Shown here one piece after another: positions 44,124 through 50,780 of a DNA stretch of 50,780 bases. The notes below the pieces were generated by a model, which searched no databases, was not told where the DNA came from, and saw nothing but the letters and a program-made list of their open reading frames with translations. A program made the position numbers and the translations under genes. The stretch covers positions 1 through 50,780 of IMG/VR virus record IMGVR_UViG_3300026097_000031, one strand, 5' to 3'. The DNA is from a virus (Duplodnaviria > Caudoviricetes). Positions within the stretch are counted from its first letter, which is position 1; each line of letters starts with the position of its first letter.

Positions 44124-44324
44124 CTACGCAACACCAAGATCCCTCAACACACCCTCATCAATCCACACCTCACCCGAATCCTCACCACGCAGCCTCCGCC
44201 AGCCACGCAACCGTTGAGCCAACTCGTTATCAAACATATTTGACACCGGGTACACACTCAGGCGCACCTTCACCTCAGCAACAACCGGATGCTCATCACC
44301 CGGACCCAAATACCAAAACGTCAC
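44124..44324 (-). CDS. Hypothetical protein
   Basis: 66 aa; coupled to the tail gene. Confidence 0.5.
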   Translation of the reverse strand: MTFWYLGPGDEHPVVAEVKVRLSVYPVSNMFDNELAQRLRGWRRLRGEDSGEVWIDEGVLRDLGVA

Positions 44325-46243
44325 GCCTGCCTCAAAGTGATCTGCGCAATACCACCGAACCCGGAAGCGCCAGCAGGCGGCGCAACCTGCAGAAACAACG
44401 CACGATCCACAACAGCCATATACGCGAACCCGCCAGAGAACTCACGCACACGAACAGCAGACCCCGAAGTCAACTGCTCCATCAAAGCCTCCCACCGTTC
44501 ACGCGCATAACCCTCATAGCCAACCTGAACACCCGACGAGTCACGCTCAAAATCGAAACACAACAAAGGCAACACAACCGTCTCGCCACGGTTACGCACA
44601 GCAGGCCACGCCCGGAAAGACCACGCCGACACCGTCGGCGCGAGAGAACCATCCACCTCATCTGGCCGCAACACAAACCGTGCAGCCATCGACGAATACC
44701 CATGCCTACCGCTGATCTTGAACGTACCCTCCTGCCCCACATTCGAAGTCAACACACCAACAGGCAACGTCACGCCAGCATCATCAATAACCGACACCGA
44801 CACAGAACCCTTCATCGGTGATTCACAAATCACCTTCAACTGGTCGAAGTACTTACCCTCCAAAGTGCCGAACCGAACCCACGAAGTTTGCAGCCAACCC
44901 TCCGACTCCAGGCCATTCTCCTCCCGCGCCTGATACAGCACCACGTCAGTCTTCCCACCAGCAGCAGGCTCCAACGCAATCAACGCCGCCTCGCGTTGAT
45001 CCAGAATCACCGCGTCAACAACACGCGACGATGACGGGATACGAGTCCAGTTCGCCCACGAGTTCCGACCATCCTCATCCGCGACACCAAGATCCACCAC
45101 CACGATCCCGCCGCGACCATCACCAGCATCAGAAACCGGATACGCCATGAACCTGTCAAACACAGAAATCTCATGCGACGTTCCCGTCGACGGAGGGGAA
45201 CCAATCAACGGCCCATACACCACGCCGCCCTCGTTCGTGACCGTCCCAATACGCACACCCTTATCCGTCAAGATGCCAAGGAACGTACCCAAATACGTGG
45301 CGATACCGATCAACGTTTCAGAGATCGGGAACTGGGCAACCTCGATAGGTGCATTCAACTCAGGGATAGAACCCGAATCGTCCAACGTTAAAGCCAACAC
45401 GGCAGACCCAGCCAGGCCATGACCAGCCAGCAGGATCGATGCTGGTGTTGATGCTGCACCAGCGAAACGCCACGACGAATCTTTCATATCCATCACGGGA
45501 ACGTGAGTTTCCGTGTCGGACAAGTCAATGTCCGCATCGATCAAGCCAGGTAACTCCCAGGCTTTATCACCAGCCATGAAAATTAAGCGGCCCTTCACCC
45601 ACGCCATCACCGGGATGCCGGTGAAACCAGAGATAGTGGAGACTTTCATCCCAGCCTCATCCTGCACAACCGCTTCATCCGTGAAACCGATCACCAGGTA
45701 CGGTCCAGCCATCACTAGGCTTGTTATATCCGATGAGAAATGCTGCCCAGCGTTCACGATGAAACCATCGAAAGACTGGTGATACAACACTTCACCAAGT
45801 GAATACACGTACCCGTGGGACGTGGTCGTGACACGACCAATCGTCCCCTCCTCCCGCGCTATCTCCACCGCCTTCGGCAGCAGCAAAAACGAACCAGGGG
45901 TGGAGAACACATCCACCCCAGCAGACTTGTAGAACTTACGTTTCACAAGATCTGTGGAGATGGGTTCCATGTATTCCTGGTCAGCGCCGCCAGACCAGTC
46001 AGTCTGGCTGCGCATCCACCAGCCCTCCAGCGACTGGTCGCCAGGAGTGATCGACGTGTCCAACTGTTCCTTCGTGATGCGGGTCAACTCACGCGTATAC
46101 GGGTACGTGTCACTAGCACCCGACAAGAACCGCACACCAGAAATGTCATAGTCAGCCCGGAACTCCAAGTTCGGGAACGTTGACGATGTGGACGCTACCG
46201 ATAATGGATGCGGTATCGCATGGATCTCATCAGGGACCGTCAC
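44321..46243 (-). CDS. Tail protein (nozzle / tubular-B-like)
   Basis: 640 aa beta-rich; GDQSLEGWWMRSQTDWSGGA and RFGTLEGKYF motifs. Confidence 0.72.
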   Translation of the reverse strand: MTVPDEIHAIPHPLSVASTSSTFPNLEFRADYDISGVRFLSGASDTYPYTRELTRITKEQLDTSITPGDQSLEGWWMRSQTDWSGGADQEYMEPISTDLVKRKFYKSAGVDVFSTPGSFLLLPKAVEIAREEGTIGRVTTTSHGYVYSLGEVLYHQSFDGFIVNAGQHFSSDITSLVMAGPYLVIGFTDEAVVQDEAGMKVSTISGFTGIPVMAWVKGRLIFMAGDKAWELPGLIDADIDLSDTETHVPVMDMKDSSWRFAGAASTPASILLAGHGLAGSAVLALTLDDSGSIPELNAPIEVAQFPISETLIGIATYLGTFLGILTDKGVRIGTVTNEGGVVYGPLIGSPPSTGTSHEISVFDRFMAYPVSDAGDGRGGIVVVDLGVADEDGRNSWANWTRIPSSSRVVDAVILDQREAALIALEPAAGGKTDVVLYQAREENGLESEGWLQTSWVRFGTLEGKYFDQLKVICESPMKGSVSVSVIDDAGVTLPVGVLTSNVGQEGTFKISGRHGYSSMAARFVLRPDEVDGSLAPTVSAWSFRAWPAVRNRGETVVLPLLCFDFERDSSGVQVGYEGYARERWEALMEQLTSGSAVRVREFSGGFAYMAVVDRALFLQVAPPAGASGFGGIAQITLRQA

Positions 46244-46638
46244 AGCAGATCACCCCACGTCAACCCAGACACCGGCTTCGGCAGCGGGGGAACAACACCC
46301 CCGTTGCCGTCATCGAGAACCTCAAACACCTTCGCCATATCATTGAACACAGCCGCTGTAGCGCCATGCTTCACCGTCGCACCAACCGAATGAGCGAACG
46401 GGGAACCACCGCCAGTAGCGCCATTGTCACCAATGGCGCGGTCAACCGTTAACTGGGTGCCAGCAACAGCAGTCACCTTCATGATCTCCTCAGTACCCAG
46501 ATCCGGGTCCACAATGATCATGAACGGAGCCGGTGGGAAACCAGACACAGACTCCACCGTTATGGCGGTAGCGCTGCTGGAAACGTCCTGAGTTAACTCC
46601 GTCTGTTGAGCGAAGTTCGTGTAATTCAACCGGGCCAT
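46240..46638 (-). CDS. Tail/virion protein
   Basis: ITVESVSGFP..EEIMKVT..LTVDRA..AHSVGATVKH. Confidence 0.7.
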   Translation of the reverse strand: MARLNYTNFAQQTELTQDVSSSATAITVESVSGFPPAPFMIIVDPDLGTEEIMKVTAVAGTQLTVDRAIGDNGATGGGSPFAHSVGATVKHGATAAVFNDMAKVFEVLDDGNGGVVPPLPKPVSGLTWGDLL

Positions 46639-46640
46639 AA

Positions 46641-47543
46641 CTACCTCTGATACCTAGCGCGACTGTTAGTGGAGTTGAGGAGACGCAACCGTTCCTCGTT
46701 CAAACGCTGCATGTACAGCGCCTGCAGATACTGGGACTGCTGCTGCGCAGCAGTAGACGACACTCGCGAATCCAACGCGTTCGCCTCAATGGACCTGGTT
46801 TGCACGTCGTACGCGTCAGCCATCGCCAACAATCGAGCAGCAGCACCAAGAACTGGGATGTCCTCAGCGGACTCCGGCAGCATCGTCTCAGAGAAATAGT
46901 CGCTGTCGTTATTCAACGGCAGCGGGTCACGGGAAACAACAGCCGTGAACGAACACGTCAAACACCAGTCGTCATACAAGTACAACGCTTTCCCAGTTTC
47001 GGAAACATCCAACGGGGCTGACTTGTCGAACGTCCAGTTCCGCAGATACATCACGTCACTATCGACGACACGATCATCGGTGATCGTGATCGTCAAAACG
47101 TCACGAACATACTCCGGCATCGGGTACTTGAAGTCGCCATTCAAATGAATCTTGATCGGCCGTAACTCCTCCACGCCATACAACTGCGAACCGATCTGAC
47201 GGATCGTCTGATTCAACGTGTCCTTCAAGAACTTACGCGGATACAGCGGAGACACAATCACCCGCGATCCCGCGTCATGCGGGTTCGCCTGAGTTCCATC
47301 CATGCCCCGCCCATACGGTGGGATCTCCAAAGAGTTGTCGTTCCTGACTGGCTTGTCCACCCAGATCAACTCGTCACCGATCTCGATGCGGCCACGTGAC
47401 ACGACACCAGCGTCGGCGACCGACGCAGTCGTCGCATCCACCGACAGGTCCTTAATCAAGTGAGTGCTGATCTCTTGATCACGCACGAACGAACGCAAAT
47501 ACGATTGTGTTTCAGCGACCATCTCGCCGAACGTTTTCATCAT
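46641..47543 (-). CDS. Tail adaptor (tubular-A-like) protein
   Basis: IEIGDELIWV..GRGMDGT..H..G..V..SPLYPR. Confidence 0.72.
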   Translation of the reverse strand: MMKTFGEMVAETQSYLRSFVRDQEISTHLIKDLSVDATTASVADAGVVSRGRIEIGDELIWVDKPVRNDNSLEIPPYGRGMDGTQANPHDAGSRVIVSPLYPRKFLKDTLNQTIRQIGSQLYGVEELRPIKIHLNGDFKYPMPEYVRDVLTITITDDRVVDSDVMYLRNWTFDKSAPLDVSETGKALYLYDDWCLTCSFTAVVSRDPLPLNNDSDYFSETMLPESAEDIPVLGAAARLLAMADAYDVQTRSIEANALDSRVSSTAAQQQSQYLQALYMQRLNEERLRLLNSTNSRARYQR

Positions 47544-47545
47544 GG

Positions 47546-47809
47546 CTAGTTCCTTAAAGTCAAAGCAGTATCGGCAGCCCTCGACGCTGCTACTGCTTCA
47601 CGAACATCGCTGACCTTCGACCCGGCAGGGCGAATACCCTGCTCGTGAGCCTTCTTATATTCCGTGATGTCCCGATCATTCCCAGCGTTAATGGAATACA
47701 AACGGTCCTTCGACTGGCTGCTGTTCCGCACAGCAGGCATCGACGCACGCAAGCATTCCGCATACGACGAATGGTTCTGAGACTTGCAGCCGGAAGCGCA
47801 GTTACTCAT
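47546..47809 (-). CDS. Hypothetical protein
   Basis: CASGC..H.SYAECLR..YKKAHEQGIRPAG. Confidence 0.68.
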   Translation of the reverse strand: MSNCASGCKSQNHSSYAECLRASMPAVRNSSQSKDRLYSINAGNDRDITEYKKAHEQGIRPAGSKVSDVREAVAASRAADTALTLRN

Positions 47810-48128
47810 TGTCCATGACCTCCCGGTACTCCTGGGAAACGATGCGTGCCTGGTTCATGACAAACAACGCAGTCTGGAACTCGTTAATGAGCGACAACTG
47901 GTTGTACTCCTGCATCCATTCCCCTAACGGAAGGTCAGGGTTAATACCAGCAAGTTCGCTGACCGCAACTTTGATGCGGTCATACAACGATTCAATGATC
48001 GAAGGATCATCCAAGTCGATGGCAGCAAGATTGTCGATCTCAGCGTTCGTCAAATAGATAAGGCTGCCGTCGTCCTCAACGAGGGAAGGGACACCGATTC
48101 GGTTCGTGACAATGTCCACCGTCACCAC
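47802..48128 (-). CDS. Hypothetical protein
   Basis: 108 aa; coupled to the downstream gene. Confidence 0.58.
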   Translation of the reverse strand: MVTVDIVTNRIGVPSLVEDDGSLIYLTNAEIDNLAAIDLDDPSIIESLYDRIKVAVSELAGINPDLPLGEWMQEYNQLSLINEFQTALFVMNQARIVSQEYREVMDNE

Positions 48129-48292
48129 TTACCCAACGGGCACGAGACAGAACGAACCTGAGTTTTGATGCGCATGAAACATCCGCATTCTTTGCATGTT
48201 CCCGTTGGCTTGAAGAACCGTGGACACTCAACACAAATGTCCCAACGTTCCTTCGCCAACTCACTACGAGACTTCTCCGACATCCCCTTCTC

Positions 48293-49399
48293 CTAGTAAA
48301 TAGTCGGTGTTTCTTTACTGCCAACCAAGCCGGTTGACTGCACAGTTGAAGGTGGAGGCCACTCGTAGCGAACCACAACAACGCCCTGTCGGCCAGAACC
48401 CCCACCAGGTTCTCTCGTGTCAACACATTGACGTGAACCGTTCGGGGCCATGCCCCGCACACAGTCCGTCCACACACGCTCTTGATGATGCTTTGTGTTA
48501 TCGCCCGTGCAGGATTTGCGGCAAGTGCTGCCGCTTAACGAGCCGCCGCTGTCGCAATGGTAACGAGTTCCATACACCGGTTGTGACGTGCAACAGTTAC
48601 AACCGCACACACTCCAACCGCCCGGGCATCCAGTCTGGCCACGGCCAGACCAATGCGCCCGACCAGCATGATCCAAGTATGCGAAGTTGCAGTCACACGG
48701 CCCATGACACAACACCGCGTTCGGTGGGCACGGGTTACACGGGCGGGCAGCGCCCGTGATGTTCGTCGTCCCCGACTGGTACCGCTCAGCCCTAGCCCCA
48801 TACGAACAGTCGTACGTGTACGGGCCACCCGTGGTCCACTTGCGGATGTAACTGGCCTGCGGGTACGGCTCCTGCAGTTTGAAACCACCGCCACCGCCCT
48901 GACCAAACCAGGTCGCATTCACCGGGCCGACATTGTCGCCACCGTCACCACCAGCCTTCTCCTGCCCAAGTGCCGCAGCGAACCCGGCAGGGATCGTCTG
49001 CGGATCCGCTGACTGTTCACCATGACCGCTGCCACCAGCAGACAACACCTGACCAGAAGGCAGGTTTATGAAAGAGTCCTCGCCATTCGATCCGACCCGG
49101 ATCGTGAAGATCTTGTACGTAGCCGACACCGTCGGCTCCGTGTGCCCCGTCACTTCACCACCGTCACCACCACGGCCAGGGTCCGTGTACGACGATGTTT
49201 GCCCATCGACACCGCCACCAACAACGAACACTTCAACCTCTTCAGAGTGGTTGAACCACGTCAACTGGTGCGAGCCAGGCGTACGAAAGATGTGATAGCG
49301 GTACTGCTTCCCGTCATCCGGGTCCGTATTGATGACGATGTCGCCACCAGTCGGCTCCGACGGGAGAGTACCTACAAAGGAAAAGGGAGGAAGAACCAC
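48293..49399 (-). CDS. Glycine-rich minor tail protein with a 16-Cys inserted domain (possibly the -1 frameshift extension of 49372-49773)
   Basis: TGG..YRYHIF..VEVFVVGGG..GGGGGG...GGSGRQGVVVVRY frame with a Cys-rich insert. Confidence 0.75.
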   Translation of the reverse strand: MVLPPFSFVGTLPSEPTGGDIVINTDPDDGKQYRYHIFRTPGSHQLTWFNHSEEVEVFVVGGGVDGQTSSYTDPGRGGDGGEVTGHTEPTVSATYKIFTIRVGSNGEDSFINLPSGQVLSAGGSGHGEQSADPQTIPAGFAAALGQEKAGGDGGDNVGPVNATWFGQGGGGGFKLQEPYPQASYIRKWTTGGPYTYDCSYGARAERYQSGTTNITGAARPCNPCPPNAVLCHGPCDCNFAYLDHAGRAHWSGRGQTGCPGGWSVCGCNCCTSQPVYGTRYHCDSGGSLSGSTCRKSCTGDNTKHHQERVWTDCVRGMAPNGSRQCVDTREPGGGSGRQGVVVVRYEWPPPSTVQSTGLVGSKETPTIY

Positions 49400-49773
49400 T
49401 CCCCACCGTGGTACACCGCACTCACGACCCCGTACTTGGAGCCAGATGAGTTAACCCCACCGCCGACAGGGGTGCCGCCAGCGTTAAGAATGATTTCCCC
49501 GTCACCCAGTTGATAGGCGGCGAGACGGTCCCCGTCTTGCAGCCCACCAGTTGGCAACGTCAACGTGATATTCGATGCGCCGCTGTACAAGATCAGATCC
49601 TGGACTTGTACATCCGTGTCACCGGTCACGGCGGTGACGTTCAGTCGAACGTTGGGGTAGGCGGGGATGCTGTCGGAGAACTGCGTCATCGCGGTGACGA
49701 TGTCAGCCGGATCGGTGAGTTCTGGGACGGTGTACGCGAAGCCGCTTTGCTGCCCCGTGTGGGTGGTTGGCAT
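49372..49773 (-). CDS. Minor tail protein N-terminal module
   Basis: MPTT..YTVP..PAD; ITLTLP..QLGDG; RBS AAAGAGGAG. Confidence 0.75.
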   Translation of the reverse strand: MPTTHTGQQSGFAYTVPELTDPADIVTAMTQFSDSIPAYPNVRLNVTAVTGDTDVQVQDLILYSGASNITLTLPTGGLQDGDRLAAYQLGDGEIILNAGGTPVGGGVNSSGSKYGVVSAVYHGGEWFFLPFPL

Positions 49774-50137
49774 GGATCTCCTCTTTCTGTTGCTACGGTT
49801 ATTCAGTTGTCATCTACGGGTTATGCGTAATTCCGCATAACGTGGCTTTATCCGCAATATGTGGTAAAACACATAACCGGCGTGAACCTGCCGATAGTGT
49901 TTAGGCAATACTCAGGGATACAAACGTGATACGAGATCGTGAGGATTTACTAAACACCCAACGTCAGCCTCGAAGAATCGCACCTACTGGCCTCGCATTT
50001 ATCCACAGTCACCTGAATAGAATCCAGTTGAGCACGACTGAGCATGACTTTGTTCCGGTTCCATTACGCGACGCAAGGTAAGGGAACAGTCACAGCGCAT
50101 GTCCACGAACGGCGACATTCACCCGAATGTCTGCGTT

Positions 50138-50293
50138 CTAAGACAATCTCCGCAACGTCCACAATGTTCGACCCACCCACACATCCAGAGTGTGCCTGCC
50201 ATGTAGCGACCATAATTGCCATCCATGCTGGCTGGTTTGCGCAGTACGTCGAATCAAATGCCAGTTGCCTAGCGTCCAGTCTTTACGGTTCAT
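50138..50293 (-). CDS. Small Trp-rich ORF in the variable locus
   Basis: 51 aa; ATGA-coupled to the upstream ORF; RBS GGAG. Confidence 0.45.
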   Translation of the reverse strand: MNRKDWTLGNWHLIRRTAQTSQHGWQLWSLHGRHTLDVWVGRTLWTLRRLS

Positions 50294-50424
50294 GGCAACT
50301 CCATTTCTTGCGCCAACCTGGTCAGTTCCCTCGCAGCCAGATCGTGACTGCATGGACGGCAGCCCTCATACTTCGTGTGATGGCAGTCGGCGTAGATCTC
50401 CGCTATCTGTTCATCCATCCCCAT
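50290..50424 (-). CDS. Small Cys/His ORF in the variable locus
   Basis: 44 aa; RBS GAAGGAAGG. Confidence 0.45.
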   Translation of the reverse strand: MGMDEQIAEIYADCHHTKYEGCRPCSHDLAARELTRLAQEMELP

Positions 50425-50521
50425 GGCCTTCCTTCTGTGACCACGCCACCTGAACCGACAGTTCTTCATCGGCAGCGTGGAACGTTTGGGTGAGCAGTTT
50501 GGGCACATGCTCAGGTGAAGC

Positions 50522-50780
50522 AGTTCTAGGCAAGTGCAGGCACATGCTCAGGTACAAGCACCCAGGTCGGTGAGCAGTTTCAGGACACTTGCTCAGGTGT
50601 CAATACACAACCCACAAGAGGTTGTGTGGGTGAACAGCCAAGTACTCCCGGAGGATTCTTGGCAGTTAGTGGGCAGTTGTATAGCGGATGCCCAGCCGCA
50701 GCCCCGCACAGCAACCGTCCGGATGCCTGCGGGGAGAACTATCCCAAAAATCCAAACGAAAGACTGGACACTCTCGGCTT
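50522..50780. repeat. Right terminal overlap with 1-292, alternative allele
   Basis: Same matches as the left end; includes the last 42 nt of the 251-1330 fibre gene. Confidence 0.92.

Overview
The window looks like an essentially complete ~50.5-kb temperate actinobacteriophage genome, probably podovirus-like (no tape measure or tail tube gene recognised). It is opened inside a hypervariable locus, so the two ends overlap but carry different alleles. The minus-strand virion/lysis arm has terminase, portal, a 3.2-kaa polyvalent ejection protein with ParB-like, ADP-ribosyltransferase and kinase-like domains, holin, M15 endolysin, scaffold, N4-gp56-type capsid, collagen and other tail fibres and tail/nozzle genes. 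The plus-strand early arm has Gp88-like, DUF932, HEXXH and cluster-A-type repressor genes. The minus-strand replication arm has a split Cas4-like nuclease, helicase, Rpf-like protein, resolvase, WhiB, split primase, phosphoesterase and sigma-like factor. A second repressor sits divergent from a tyrosine integrase. The non-coding content is unusually rich: an 81-nt tmRNA tRNA-like-domain-only RNA (G3-U70 Ala identity, no tag ORF), two type II hammerhead ribozymes, an 18-copy TCGA palindrome array before the early promoter, a 13-bp operator-like repeat, a duplicated 33-bp palindrome, and a shuffled hairpin-module array with compensatory base changes. All calls are by-eye motif recognition; no database searches were run.
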